Below are positions 33,238 through 43,081 of a DNA stretch of 44,408 bases, piece by piece. Every line of letters begins with the position of its first letter. Position 1 is the stretch's first letter. The DNA is taken from NCBI GenBank assembly GCA_017547705.1, contig JAFYOZ010000104.1, positions 1-44,408 on the forward strand, given 5' to 3'. A model generated the notes under the pieces. The model had not been told where the DNA came from. It worked only from the letters and a program-made list of their open reading frames with translations, and made no database searches. A program made the translations under genes and the position numbers. Source of the stretch: Oscillospiraceae bacterium (GTDB lineage Bacteria > Bacillota > Clostridia > Oscillospirales > Ruminococcaceae).

Positions 33238-35856
33238 TTATTTCATTGCTGCAATGGATTCTTCAAGTTTTGCAAGTCTTTCTTTAAGTTTTGCAAGTCT
33301 GTCGCGCTCTGCTGCAACAACATTTTCCGGTGCTTTGTTAACAAAGCCGGGGTTGTTAAGTCTTGCTTCAAGACCGGATGCCTGTTTTTCGCACTGTTCT
33401 TTTTCTTTATTAAGACGCTCAAGCTCTTTTGCCATGTCGATAAGTTCAGCCATGGGGATATAGATTTTTGCAGCGTCGGTAATTACCTGAACAGCGCCTG
33501 CTTTATCAAATTCTGCGTTGATTTCAACTTCAGAAGCGGAAGCAAGTTTTACAAGGAATGCTGCGCCCTGCTCAAAAACTTCGGCAGAATCGGTTTCGAT
33601 GAAGAGTTTTGCTTTCTTGGAAGGCGGAACATTCATCTCTGCTCTGCGGTTACGGATTGCTTTGATAGCGTCCATAACTTTAGTAAAATCGTTAGCCTCT
33701 TCGGTGAAGCAATGTTCTTCGGTATATTCAGGCCATTTTGCAACCATGATGGAATCGCCTTCATGAGGAAGTGCCTGCCAGATTTCTTCGGTGATGAAAG
33801 GCATAAACGGATGGAGAAGTTTAAGAACACCGGTAAGAACATAAACAAGAACTCTTCTTGCGGAATCTGCGGATTCGCCCTGGAGTCTTGCTTTAGCAAG
33901 CTCGATATACCAGCTGCAATAGGTATCCCAGATAAAGTCAACGATTTTCTGTTCTGCAACACCGATATCATAGTTTTCGATGTTCTCGGTTGCTGCTTTA
34001 ACAAGGTCGTTATACTGGGAAAGAAGCCATTTATCCTCAAGAGCAAGCTCTTCGGGAAGTTCGGTTTCGTTGAAATCTTCCGGAAGGTTCATAAGAACGA
34101 ATCTTGCTGCGTTCCAGAGTTTGTTAGCAAAGTTACGGCAGGAAGTTACCTTTTCATCGGTAAAACGGGTGTCGTTACCTGCAGAAATACCGGTAACAAG
34201 TGCAAGACGAAGTGCGTCTGCACCAAAAGTATCGATAATTTCAAGGGGGTCGATACCGTTACCGAGAGATTTGGACATCTTTCTTCCAAGTCCGTCACGA
34301 ACAAGTCCGTGGATAACAACATCGGTGAAAGGTTTCTTGCCGGTATAAGCAAGAGCTGAGAAAATCATTCTGGAAACCCAGAAAGTGATGATATCATATC
34401 CGGTAACAAGAACGTTGGTCGGATAGAAATAGTTGTATTCGGGAGTCTCTTCCGGCCAACCCATGGTGCTGAAAGGCCAGAGAGCAGAACTGAACCAGGT
34501 ATCGAGGGTATCAGGATCCTGATGGATATGTTCGCTCTGGCAATGCTCACAGCATTTCGGTTCGCCGTCGATGCAGAGAGTTGCCTTTCCGCAGTCATCG
34601 CAATACCATACAGGGATTCTGTGTCCCCACCAAAGCTGACGGCTGATGCACCAGTCGCGGATGTTTTCCATCCAGTGGAAATAGTTTTTGTCAAATCTTT
34701 CCGGAACAAAGCGAACCTCGCCGTCTTTAACAGCTTCGATAGCGGGTTTTGCGAGTTCTTTCATAGCAACGAACCACTGGAGAGAAACTCTCGGTTCAAC
34801 AGTGGTGTGGCAGCGATAGCAGGTACCTACGTTGTGCTCGTGGTCTTCAACGCGAACAAGGAATCCGCCTTCATCAAGGTCTGCAACGATTGCTTTTCTT
34901 GCGTCATAGCGGTCCATGCCTGCATATTTGGGATAATCTTCGGTGATTTTTGCATCATCGGTCATAACGTTGATGATAGGAAGGTTATGACGAAGACCAA
35001 CTTCAAAGTCGTTGGGGTCGTGTGCAGGGGTGATTTTTACAACACCGGTACCGAATTCCATATCAACATATTCGTCTGCAACAACCGGGATCTCTCTTCC
35101 AACGAGAGGAAGGGTTACGGTTTTGCCGATATACTGGGTATATCTTTCGTCCTTGGGGTTAACTGCAACTGCAGTATCTCCAAGAAGAGTTTCCGGACGG
35201 GTGGTTGCAAGTTCAAGCCAGCCGCTTCCGTCAGTAAGGGGATAGCGAAGATGCCAGAAATGTCCTGCCTGGTCCTCATATTCAACTTCTGCATCAGAGA
35301 TGGAGGTTCCGCATTCAGGGCACCAGTTGATGATTCTTTCGCCGCGGTAGATAAGGCCTTTGTTATAAAGTTCAGCAAAAACTTTGCGAACAGCTTTGGA
35401 ACAGCCTTCATCAAGGGTAAATCTTTCGCGTTCCCAGTCGCAGGAACAGCCAAGAGTTTTAAGCTGTTTGATGATGGTTCCGCCATAGTTTTTCTTCCAT
35501 TCCCATGCTCTTTCAAGGAAACCGTCGCGGCCAACGTCGTCTTTGGTGATGCCTTCGGCTCTCATGTTTTCAACGATTTTAACCTCGGTTGCGATGGAAG
35601 CATGGTCAGTACCGGGCATCCAGAGAGCCTCATAGCCCTGCATTCTCTTCATACGGATGAGAATATCCTGAAGAGTATTATCAAGAGCATGGCCCATATG
35701 GAGCTTACCGGTGATGTTTGGCGGGGGGATAACAATAGTAAAAGGTTTTTTATCCGGGTTTACCTCTGCATGGAAATATCCGCCATCAAGCCAGAACTGA
35801 TAGGTGCGTTTTTCCACCTGCGCAGGATCATAAGTTTTGTCAAGTTCTTTGCGCAT
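33238..35856 (-). CDS. valS: Valine--tRNA ligase
   Basis: 872-aa ORF with a HIGH-type motif (GKLHMGHAL), KMSKS (RKMSKSLGN) and a C-terminal coiled coil. Confidence 0.97.
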   Translation of the reverse strand: MRKELDKTYDPAQVEKRTYQFWLDGGYFHAEVNPDKKPFTIVIPPPNITGKLHMGHALDNTLQDILIRMKRMQGYEALWMPGTDHASIATEVKIVENMRAEGITKDDVGRDGFLERAWEWKKNYGGTIIKQLKTLGCSCDWERERFTLDEGCSKAVRKVFAELYNKGLIYRGERIINWCPECGTSISDAEVEYEDQAGHFWHLRYPLTDGSGWLELATTRPETLLGDTAVAVNPKDERYTQYIGKTVTLPLVGREIPVVADEYVDMEFGTGVVKITPAHDPNDFEVGLRHNLPIINVMTDDAKITEDYPKYAGMDRYDARKAIVADLDEGGFLVRVEDHEHNVGTCYRCHTTVEPRVSLQWFVAMKELAKPAIEAVKDGEVRFVPERFDKNYFHWMENIRDWCISRQLWWGHRIPVWYCDDCGKATLCIDGEPKCCEHCQSEHIHQDPDTLDTWFSSALWPFSTMGWPEETPEYNYFYPTNVLVTGYDIITFWVSRMIFSALAYTGKKPFTDVVIHGLVRDGLGRKMSKSLGNGIDPLEIIDTFGADALRLALVTGISAGNDTRFTDEKVTSCRNFANKLWNAARFVLMNLPEDFNETELPEELALEDKWLLSQYNDLVKAATENIENYDIGVAEQKIVDFIWDTYCSWYIELAKARLQGESADSARRVLVYVLTGVLKLLHPFMPFITEEIWQALPHEGDSIMVAKWPEYTEEHCFTEEANDFTKVMDAIKAIRNRRAEMNVPPSKKAKLFIETDSAEVFEQGAAFLVKLASASEVEINAEFDKAGAVQVITDAAKIYIPMAELIDMAKELERLNKEKEQCEKQASGLEARLNNPGFVNKAPENVVAAERDRLAKLKERLAKLEESIAAMK

Positions 35857-36199
35857 TTTGTCTTTCCTCTTTCATAAAATTATTTCCGTTTTGCTTTGGG
35901 AAAAATAAAAAAACTCGTCCCAAAGAAGATTCTTTGAGACGAGCTGTAATATCAACATAACCCGCGGTACCACTCAAATTGCATCTGCCTTTCGGCAGAC
36001 ACCGCTCTTTGGGGCAACGGATATGCCCCAAGCACTTACGCAGCTTTCGCGGAAGGGTTCTACTCATTTTGTAAAAACTTTCTTCCCTTCGGCTCCGGAG
36101 CTACAGCGCAATGCTTCCGTTTCCGGCTTTCACCAACCGCCGGCTCTCTATAAAAACGGCTTATCAAAGCGCACTCTCCATCATTGCCTTTTAGATAAC
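35857..36199 (-). promoter_or_regulatory. T-box leader (tRNA-Val sensing) of valS
   Basis: Minus strand has an AGAGAG bulge, a distal loop GGUUGGUGAAA, and the T-box sequence AGUGGUACCGCGGG (35961-35975). A terminator CTCGTCtcaaag...ctttgGGACGAG plus T7 lies at 35907-35943. The candidate specifier is GUA at 36102-36104. Confidence 0.88.
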
Positions 36200-36205
36200 A
36201 TAAGG

Positions 36206-36234
36206 ATTATATCACCCCTATATTTTATTGTCAA
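36206..36234 (-). promoter_or_regulatory. Sigma-A promoter of valS
   Basis: Minus strand reads TTGACA (36229-36234), an exact 17-nt spacer, then TATAAT (36206-36211). Confidence 0.7.
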
Positions 36235-36260
36235 GAACAATTTTAACGCCTTTATCAATA

Positions 36261-36289
36261 TTGACTTTTCCCCTTTTCGGTACTATAAT
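36261..36289 (+). promoter_or_regulatory. Sigma-A promoter of the GNAT gene
   Basis: TTGACT (36261-36266), a 17-nt spacer, then TATAAT (36284-36289). It is divergent from the valS promoter. Confidence 0.65.
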
Positions 36290-36325
36290 CATGGTGTATA
36301 AAAATGTTTTTCCGGAGGTATTGAT

Positions 36326-36811
36326 ATGTCCCAGATGGATTACAAATACAGAGTAAATTTCGTAAAAGGCACTACCGAAAAATGGGATGAATATGTCAAG
36401 ATTTTTGATAACAGCCCTCTTTATGACCACTACTTTAAAGAAACCGATACCCTTCGCGAATGGGTATATGGCCCGCTCGAAAAAGGCAACGTAATCATCG
36501 CAGAAACCGATAAAGGCGAACCCGTCGGCCTTATGGTATATGATATGATGGGCATGTATGGCGAACTCCCCTATCTTGCTCTTCTTGGCGTAAAAGATGG
36601 CTTCCGCGGAAAAGGAATCGGCGATCAGCTTATCGATATCTATCTCGGAATCTGCAAACAGCTCAATTTTGATAAAGCATTCATCGCTGTTTCCGATTTT
36701 AACCCCAGAGCAAAAGCACTCTATCAGAAAAAAGGCTTTAAGCCTCTTCTTCTCGTTCCCGATCTTCTTAAAAAAGGTATCGGCGAATGGCTTCTTATGA
36801 AAGAACTTTAA
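36326..36811 (+). CDS. GNAT family N-acetyltransferase
   Basis: 161-aa ORF with acetyl-CoA motif A (LGVKDGFRGKGIGDQL) and a C-terminal ALYQKKGF motif. Confidence 0.88.
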   Translation: MSQMDYKYRVNFVKGTTEKWDEYVKIFDNSPLYDHYFKETDTLREWVYGPLEKGNVIIAETDKGEPVGLMVYDMMGMYGELPYLALLGVKDGFRGKGIGDQLIDIYLGICKQLNFDKAFIAVSDFNPRAKALYQKKGFKPLLLVPDLLKKGIGEWLLMKEL

Positions 36812-36829
36812 TAAAAACGCATTATAAAA

Positions 36830-36850
36830 GCGGCGCCGATAAAGCGCCGC
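36830..36850. terminator. Bidirectional terminator between the GNAT and permease genes
   Basis: GCGGCGC-CGATAAA-GCGCCGC, followed by T6 on the plus strand and by TTTTAT on the minus strand. Confidence 0.75.
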
Positions 36851-36857
36851 TTTTTTG

Positions 36858-37964
36858 TTATATAAAGAAAATTTTTGCCGCCGCAGTCATAATAACGAGG
36901 AAAACCGCATTTATAACCGTGAACATCAAAAGATATTTTTTGCTCTCTCCGGGATAAAGAATTTTAAATTCGCTGAAGGTGATAAGGCTCGCAAGCGAAG
37001 CAATAAGCGTTCCTGTTCCGCCGATATTTACGCCAAGAAGAAGCGACTGATAATCTCCGGTAAACTGCGAGAGCAAAATCGCAGTCGGTACGTTGCTGAT
37101 AAACTGGCAGGAGAGGGTCGAAACAATAAGCGCATCTTTTTCAAGAAGCATGGAGAAAAATTCGTTTACTGCGTCGATTCTTGCAAGGTTTCCGGAAAAG
37201 ATAAAGAAGAAAAAGAACGTTCCAAGAAGGCTGTAATCAACTTCGAGCACCGCATCCCTATCCATAAACCAAAGCACTGCCGGAATCAGAACAAGACCTA
37301 TCCAGAACGGAAGAATCCTTAAAACAATGAGAACAGAAATAAAGAACAGCGCAAAATATATAATATTTCTTTGGGTATGGAATTTTTCCGGGAACTCTTC
37401 GTCTATATGCAGTTTTTCCGGTTTTACCAAGAAGCATGCAACCGCAAGCATCGAAATTGCAAGCAAAAACGGCTTAAGCATGATGGAAACAAATTCCGCA
37501 GTGGGAATCTCAAAATAGGAATAAAGATAAAGGTTCTGCGGATTTCCAAATGGCGTAAGCATTCCCCCAAGGTTTGCGGAAATATTCTGGAGTATAAAAA
37601 GATACGCCATATATTTCTCTTTTTTACCGACAGAGAGTGCAAAATATCCCAAAGGGAGGAAGGTTATAAGCGCCATATCGTTCGCAATAATCATGGAACC
37701 GATAAAGGTTATAACAACAAGCATCAGGAATAATCCGCGGAGATTTCCTGCAATCATAACAAGCTTTCTTGCAAGAATGGTGAAGAATTTTACGTTACCA
37801 AGAGCGCATACAACCGCAAGGGTTATAAAAAGGCACGCAAGAGTTCTCCAGTCAAAATATCCAAGATATTCCGCATCCGGCGGAACAAAAAAACAGGTTA
37901 TAAGCGCCGCCGTTGCTGCAACGCAAAAAACCGTATTTCTTTTTATAAAATCAACGACTTTCAT
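36858..37964 (-). CDS. Anion permease of the ArsB/NhaD (citrate-transporter-like) superfamily
   Basis: 368-aa polytopic membrane ORF. Start is ATG 37962-37964, 7 nt after AGGAGG. The family call rests on general resemblance only. Confidence 0.65.
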   Translation of the reverse strand: MKVVDFIKRNTVFCVAATAALITCFFVPPDAEYLGYFDWRTLACLFITLAVVCALGNVKFFTILARKLVMIAGNLRGLFLMLVVITFIGSMIIANDMALITFLPLGYFALSVGKKEKYMAYLFILQNISANLGGMLTPFGNPQNLYLYSYFEIPTAEFVSIMLKPFLLAISMLAVACFLVKPEKLHIDEEFPEKFHTQRNIIYFALFFISVLIVLRILPFWIGLVLIPAVLWFMDRDAVLEVDYSLLGTFFFFFIFSGNLARIDAVNEFFSMLLEKDALIVSTLSCQFISNVPTAILLSQFTGDYQSLLLGVNIGGTGTLIASLASLITFSEFKILYPGESKKYLLMFTVINAVFLVIMTAAAKIFFI

Positions 37965-38063
37965 CAAAAGTCCTCCTGTTTTTTATAGAAACACTTTTGA
38001 AATAATACACCTTTTCTTGCCTCTTTGCAATATGAAACAGAAAAATTCCTTACTGTATAAAAA

Positions 38064-38087
38064 AGCACCTCCGATTATGGAGGTGCT
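38064..38087 (-). terminator. Terminator of the PrsA-like lipoprotein gene
   Basis: AGCACCTCC-ATAATC-GGAGGTGCT, followed on the minus strand by TTTTTAT. Confidence 0.85.
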
Positions 38088-38107
38088 TCTTGCTTTATCG
38101 TCCGATA

Positions 38108-39619
38108 TTATTCTTCGGTTGTTTCAGTTTCGGAAGAAGCTTCATTATTTTCTGCTTCTTCGGTTGCTGCGTTTACGATATCATCGATCATGCCGCCGCA
38201 AATTTCAAAAATATCGAGTTTTTCGACAGTATATGCTGCGCGAAGTTCTTCCATCCAGCTGTTAAAAGCTTCTTCAGCGATGGTGGGCTTGATGGTGGAA
38301 ACAAGGTTGCTGTCGCCAAGTCCGCAGAAATACATGATATGATAGCCATACTGGGTTTTAACGATTCCGGTATCGCCTTCCTGTCTGGTTTCATCAAAAC
38401 ACCAGTTTTCAAAAGGTTCAACCATCTGGCCTTTATAAACGTTCTCATAAATTCCGCCAACAGATGCGTTGCCGTCTGCGGAATGTTCCTGTGCAAGAAC
38501 AGAGAATGCTTCTTCGGTCATTTCGCCTGCAAGATATCCTTCAAGAATATCGTTTGCTTTTGCTTCAGCAGCAGCCCATTCAGCATCACCGGTGGTACCA
38601 TCTTCTGCTGCTTCGGGAGTGATAAGAATATGGCGGATATCGATATAGTTATAATCTGCGCTGATTCTTTCCTCGAACATAACAACAAGATAGCCTTTAG
38701 AGGTTTCATCATGATAAATCATGGTGTCGCCCTGAACTCTTGCTTCATCAAAAAGCCATTCGCTAACTTCATCAATGCCGGTGTCTGCATATCCTGCGGA
38801 AGGATAAAGGGTTGCGTCGCCGCTTTCAAAATAATATTTAAGGTCCTCTTCAACAAATTCATATGCAAGAGCATTAAATTCCTCTGCAGTATGAACAGCA
38901 GCAAGAGCATCTGCCTGTGCTTCTGCTTCCTCAGCAGTAAGGCCGCCTTCTTCTTCGCTATAAAGAGCGGTGTAATAACGGAAGTCAACGGTATCGAGGT
39001 CTCTTTTGTTCTCCTCGTAGTATGCTCTCATATCCTCATCGGAAACAGAAACGGAGTTGTAATACTGGTCCTGATATGCGTATGCAATATACTGGAACTC
39101 GGTCATTTTATAAACGGTATCAAAATCCATTCCGGGGCCATACATGAATTCGAGATATTCTTCAAGAGTATATCCGCTTCCTTCTGCAACCTCGATGATC
39201 TGTTCCTCAAGGGTATCAAGGTCTGCCTGATATTCTTCCGGAATAACAAAGTTTTCGTCTGCTTTTGCTGCCTCGTATGCGGCAGTGTTGGTGGTAAGGC
39301 TGTCAACACAGTAATCAATGATGTACTGATGCCAGCTGGTGGTATCGTCGATCATCTGATCTTCAAGAGGTTTGGTGATATCAACGATGCTGGTAAGATA
39401 ATCTCCATAATAGGAAACAAGGCTGCTGTACATCTGGTTAAAAAGTCCGACATACATAAAGTTGACATCGTTTACGGAAAATTCCATTTCGCCAACTTTA
39501 AGAGCAACTGCGGAATATTCACCGTTGTTTTCTTCAGCAGGGTTTTCAGCTTCTGCGCAACCGGCAAAAAGTGCAATACAAAGCACCATCGCCATAATCA
39601 TCGCAATAATCTTTTTCAT
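38108..39619 (-). CDS. PrsA-like lipoprotein with PpiC-type (parvulin) peptidyl-prolyl isomerase domain
   Basis: Lipobox (LFAGC) in MKKIIAMIMAMVLCIALFAGCAE. The parvulin region is IDIRHILITPE...GGIYENVYKGQMVEPFENWCFDE...GYHIMYF. Confidence 0.85.
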   Translation of the reverse strand: MKKIIAMIMAMVLCIALFAGCAEAENPAEENNGEYSAVALKVGEMEFSVNDVNFMYVGLFNQMYSSLVSYYGDYLTSIVDITKPLEDQMIDDTTSWHQYIIDYCVDSLTTNTAAYEAAKADENFVIPEEYQADLDTLEEQIIEVAEGSGYTLEEYLEFMYGPGMDFDTVYKMTEFQYIAYAYQDQYYNSVSVSDEDMRAYYEENKRDLDTVDFRYYTALYSEEEGGLTAEEAEAQADALAAVHTAEEFNALAYEFVEEDLKYYFESGDATLYPSAGYADTGIDEVSEWLFDEARVQGDTMIYHDETSKGYLVVMFEERISADYNYIDIRHILITPEAAEDGTTGDAEWAAAEAKANDILEGYLAGEMTEEAFSVLAQEHSADGNASVGGIYENVYKGQMVEPFENWCFDETRQEGDTGIVKTQYGYHIMYFCGLGDSNLVSTIKPTIAEEAFNSWMEELRAAYTVEKLDIFEICGGMIDDIVNAATEEAENNEASSETETTEE

Positions 39620-39640
39620 GGTCTGGTTTCCTTTCGAGTT

Positions 39641-39679
39641 TTAAAATACAGGACGGCTTCCCGATAAAGAAAGCCGTCC
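39641..39679 (-). terminator. Terminator between the two PrsA-like genes
   Basis: 9-bp stem GGACGGCTT/AAGCCGTCC, followed on the minus strand by TGTATTTT. Confidence 0.6.
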
Positions 39680-39695
39680 CCTATTAAAAATTGAT

Positions 39696-41072
39696 TTAGT
39701 TATAATGTTTTCCGCCGAATTTGATGCCCATAAGTTCGTTAGCAACTTTTTCTTCGGTGAGTGCGCCGATGTAATCGCTGTATCTTGCGTCTCTAACGCC
39801 TTCGGTACCTGCATAGGTATAGAAGGTTTCTGCTTCGCCGGAGAAGTACATTACATGGTAACCATAAGAGGTTTTGATGATTTCAACATCACCGGGTTTT
39901 CTTGCGGAATCGAAGCACCATGCTTCAAATTCTTCAACCATCTGGCCTTTATAAATGTTTTCATAAAGACCGCCGTTTGCATAAGAACCTTCATCTACGG
40001 AATGTTCCATTGCTACTTCAGCAAATGCTTCTTCAGTGCCGCCAAGTTCTTCAAATTCTGCTTTGTATTCTTCTGCTGCAGAAAGAGCTACCTGCCATGC
40101 AGTTTCGTTGGAGGTATCTTCGGGAGCAACAAGAATATGTCTTACGTTAACAGTGTTGTAATGGAGGTCGTTTTTCTCAACGAACTCAACAACATAGTAA
40201 CCGGTTTCGGATTCAAAAATCTCTTTATCGCCGGAAACTCTTGCTTCATCGAAGAGCCATTCGGAATAGAGGGAGTTGATGCTTCCGATTACGCTGTATT
40301 TTGCTTCGGTAAATTCAACTTCGGTTGCACCGTTAAGAACTGCATTTGCTTCTGCCTGTGCTTCGTCCATTGCTGCAGCTGCATCTTCGCCTTCTGCTGC
40401 AGAACCGTCTGCAAAGTAGTATTTGTAGTTTACGCTGTCGAATTCATCTTTGTGTTCTTCATAATATGCATCGATGTCTGCATCGGAAACTTCTTCACCG
40501 TCTCTGACGCCTTTTGCATAAACAAAAGCGGTGTAATAAAGTTCATACATATCTCTGAAAACTTTTTCGTTAACGCCGCGGCCGTAGCTGAGTTCTACAT
40601 AGGTGTTAACGTTATAGCCGCTTTCTTCTGCAGTATGTTTAAGAGCTTCCCATTCTGCATCGATATGTGCATAATATTCTTCGGGAAGTTCATAGCCGTT
40701 TGCAACAGCTTCGTTATAAAGAGAAGTCATGGTGATTGCGGAAGTTCTTGCATACTCTTTGATGTAATCGTCCCAGGTCATGCCTTCTGCATATTCCTGC
40801 TCATCGAGAGGATTCTGGGGATTGAAGAAGTATGCTGCAAGGCTGCCGTATGTCTGATAATAGGAGTTATATACCTCCATAACGCCGTTGGTATAAAGCC
40901 AGTTGTATTCAGCAACGGAATATTCGGTGCCGTCAACTTCAAGAGCTTTAATAGCGCGATAGGTAAAGCCCATTTCAAAAACGGTAAGAACAATGCAGAG
41001 AACTACGCAAAGTGCAACTACAACTTTTGCGATTGCATAATTTCTTTTTTTGTTGTTTGCTTTTTCGCTCAT
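39696..41072 (-). CDS. PrsA-like parvulin PPIase, N-terminally membrane-anchored paralogue
   Basis: N-terminal TM segment (IAKVVVALCVVLCIVLTVF) with no lipobox. The parvulin region is VNVRHILVAPE...GGLYENIYKGQMVEEFEAWCFD...GYHVMYF. It is collinear with the neighbouring paralogue. Confidence 0.85.
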   Translation of the reverse strand: MSEKANNKKRNYAIAKVVVALCVVLCIVLTVFEMGFTYRAIKALEVDGTEYSVAEYNWLYTNGVMEVYNSYYQTYGSLAAYFFNPQNPLDEQEYAEGMTWDDYIKEYARTSAITMTSLYNEAVANGYELPEEYYAHIDAEWEALKHTAEESGYNVNTYVELSYGRGVNEKVFRDMYELYYTAFVYAKGVRDGEEVSDADIDAYYEEHKDEFDSVNYKYYFADGSAAEGEDAAAAMDEAQAEANAVLNGATEVEFTEAKYSVIGSINSLYSEWLFDEARVSGDKEIFESETGYYVVEFVEKNDLHYNTVNVRHILVAPEDTSNETAWQVALSAAEEYKAEFEELGGTEEAFAEVAMEHSVDEGSYANGGLYENIYKGQMVEEFEAWCFDSARKPGDVEIIKTSYGYHVMYFSGEAETFYTYAGTEGVRDARYSDYIGALTEEKVANELMGIKFGGKHYN

Positions 41073-41142
41073 AAATAAACCATCCTTGTTTTTTTATATT
41101 AGCTTTTTTGCCGAATTCTTCGGCACAATATGACAAGTATAT

Positions 41143-41171
41143 ATTATATATCCTAACACATAATATTTCAA
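41143..41171 (-). promoter_or_regulatory. Sigma-A promoter of the PrsA-like gene pair
   Basis: Minus strand reads TTGAAA (41166-41171), a 17-nt spacer, then TATAAT (41143-41148). Confidence 0.55.
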
Positions 41172-41257
41172 TAGCTAAAATAAAAACAAATTGCTATTTC
41201 TGTCCATAAATCCAAAAACTTTTTCCCAATCTGATATCATGCTGAAAAAAAGACTTT

Positions 41258-42916
41258 TTATTTATCATTATAGCTCAAAGAATCCCCGATTCCGAAGAAG
41301 CTTCTTATCTCTTCGGTTATAATAAATTCGACAGAAGCCAAAGCTTCGAGAGAAAGAACGGAATCGTTTATTACGTTTTCATCTTCGGAAGAAGACATAA
41401 TATCCGTTCTTGGCTTCGGCTGCGGAGGAATTTCCGCATCGGGTTTTCTGTATTTTCGATAAAGTTCCTCAAGCCATTCTCTTATTTCTTCCGGAATATC
41501 CTCATCATTTTCGAGCCATTTTTCAAATCCTTCCGGGAATTTCATGTAATCATCAAAATCCCCTCTGTCGATTTTTCCGCCAAAATCTCCTCTGCCGATA
41601 TTTCCGCCGATATCTCCGGGATTTACAGGAGCAACATAAACGTTGCTTCCGCTGCCGGTATATTCCTGGATAACATCATCAACATAGAGATAATAAACCT
41701 TGTTTTCATCAAGGTTATCTCCGGCAAGAACAACGCTCTGATACTCTCTGTCGCTGGGAGCGATCATTCCATATCCCTGTTCATCAACGAATTTAATAAC
41801 GCTTCCTGCTTTTCTGACGGAACTAAAAGAAAGCTGAACAAAGGTCTGTTCAGAGGAATTAAGAACCGCGTCGTTTCTGCTTCCAAATGCCGCAACAGTT
41901 CCTCCGTCTATTACAATACCTTTATCCGCATCGATTCCTCCGTCTCCGGTCAATCCGTTTCCGGATACAAAAAGCGTTCCGCCGTTAATCATAAGCCAAC
42001 CGTTTGAATCTATTCCGTCACCTTCGGAACCCATGCCGCCTTTAACCGTAACATTTCCGCCGTTTATGGTGATAACAGAAACTCCGTCCTCGTTTGCATT
42101 GATTCCGTCGTCCATAGCGGTAATATTGATATTTCCTCCGTTAACGTTAAGATGCATCTCGCTGTTAAGGCCCTCTTTTGCTCCGTTTATGTTGAGCACG
42201 CCTGTTCCTTCTTTTCCGGAATCGATGCTCATGCTCATTTTGGAATAAAGAGCACCGTCATACTTATGAAGCTTCTCTCCGTCCGGATTATCTTTATAAA
42301 TCTTTGCAACATATGCGCCGTCTATATTGTTTTCGCTTCCGTCGGCAATAACGATTCTTGCGCCGGAATCAGAAGGGTCTCCTTCACCGGTTGGATCATC
42401 CGTTCTTGCATATTCATAAACATTATAGAAAATAACAGCCGGCGCAATCTCACAAGTGATATCCACCCCGTCAAAAATAAGGGTTACTCTTGCATTCGGG
42501 TCATTTTTTGCGTTTTCACCGAGATCGACCGCAACCTGTCCAAAAAGGCTGCCGCTTAAAATATACTCTCCCGGCTCTTTAATGGTGATAAGAGTATGTT
42601 TTTTTGCCTCTTCTTCAGTATGCTTATCCTCTTTTTCACCTTCGCCATAAGGATTTTTGCTCTCGTATTCATCAATATCGCGGTAATAGACGATGTCTCC
42701 GCCAACAGAAATTTTTTCTGCGCATTCATCAGAGAACTCCACTCCGTTTTCAGAAAGCAAAATCTTAAATGCATCAGGATATAATTCTTTCTGCTCCGGG
42801 TTTTCGGCTATTTCAGGAATTTCCGGTTTATCTCTGTCTGCAGGAACATCCGAACCACATGCTCCAAAGCTGAGCACGAGCACCAACACCATGAGCACCG
42901 CAAAAAACTTTCTCAT
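41258..42916 (-). CDS. Lipoprotein with Cthe_2159-type carbohydrate-binding beta-helix domain
   Basis: Start is ATG 42914-42916, 8 nt after AAGGAGG. The lipobox is SFGAC. The repetitive G-x-I/V-x-I-x-GG pattern (NINGAKEG..., VNGGNINITAMDDGINA, INGGNVTVKGG, INGGTLFVSG, IDGGTVAAFG) is typical of the PF14262-like family. Confidence 0.75.
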   Translation of the reverse strand: MRKFFAVLMVLVLVLSFGACGSDVPADRDKPEIPEIAENPEQKELYPDAFKILLSENGVEFSDECAEKISVGGDIVYYRDIDEYESKNPYGEGEKEDKHTEEEAKKHTLITIKEPGEYILSGSLFGQVAVDLGENAKNDPNARVTLIFDGVDITCEIAPAVIFYNVYEYARTDDPTGEGDPSDSGARIVIADGSENNIDGAYVAKIYKDNPDGEKLHKYDGALYSKMSMSIDSGKEGTGVLNINGAKEGLNSEMHLNVNGGNINITAMDDGINANEDGVSVITINGGNVTVKGGMGSEGDGIDSNGWLMINGGTLFVSGNGLTGDGGIDADKGIVIDGGTVAAFGSRNDAVLNSSEQTFVQLSFSSVRKAGSVIKFVDEQGYGMIAPSDREYQSVVLAGDNLDENKVYYLYVDDVIQEYTGSGSNVYVAPVNPGDIGGNIGRGDFGGKIDRGDFDDYMKFPEGFEKWLENDEDIPEEIREWLEELYRKYRKPDAEIPPQPKPRTDIMSSSEDENVINDSVLSLEALASVEFIITEEIRSFFGIGDSLSYNDK

Positions 42917-43038
42917 TTTACGTTCCTCCTTTTGGATAATTTTATACATTTACATTATACTATATAAATCATTATATCATTTTAATAAAATGTAAACAAA
43001 AATCGGTGTTTTGATAAATTTTTTGCTTTTTTGTGCAT

Positions 43039-43063
43039 AAAAAAAGCGCCGCAAAGCGGCGCT
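43039..43063 (-). terminator. Terminator immediately after atpD
   Basis: 8-bp stem AGCGCCGC/GCGGCGCT with a 3-nt loop, followed on the minus strand by T7. It begins 18 nt after the atpD stop. Confidence 0.85.
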
Positions 43064-43081
43064 TCTTCATTTTTTGATATC

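Noticed and set aside
41107-41126. Palindrome TGCCGAATTCTTCGGCA in the PrsA-like 5' UTR, considered as a terminator.
   Set aside because: On the coding (minus) strand it is followed by an A-run rather than a T-run, and no plus-strand gene precedes it. It is more likely a 5' UTR stem or coincidental.
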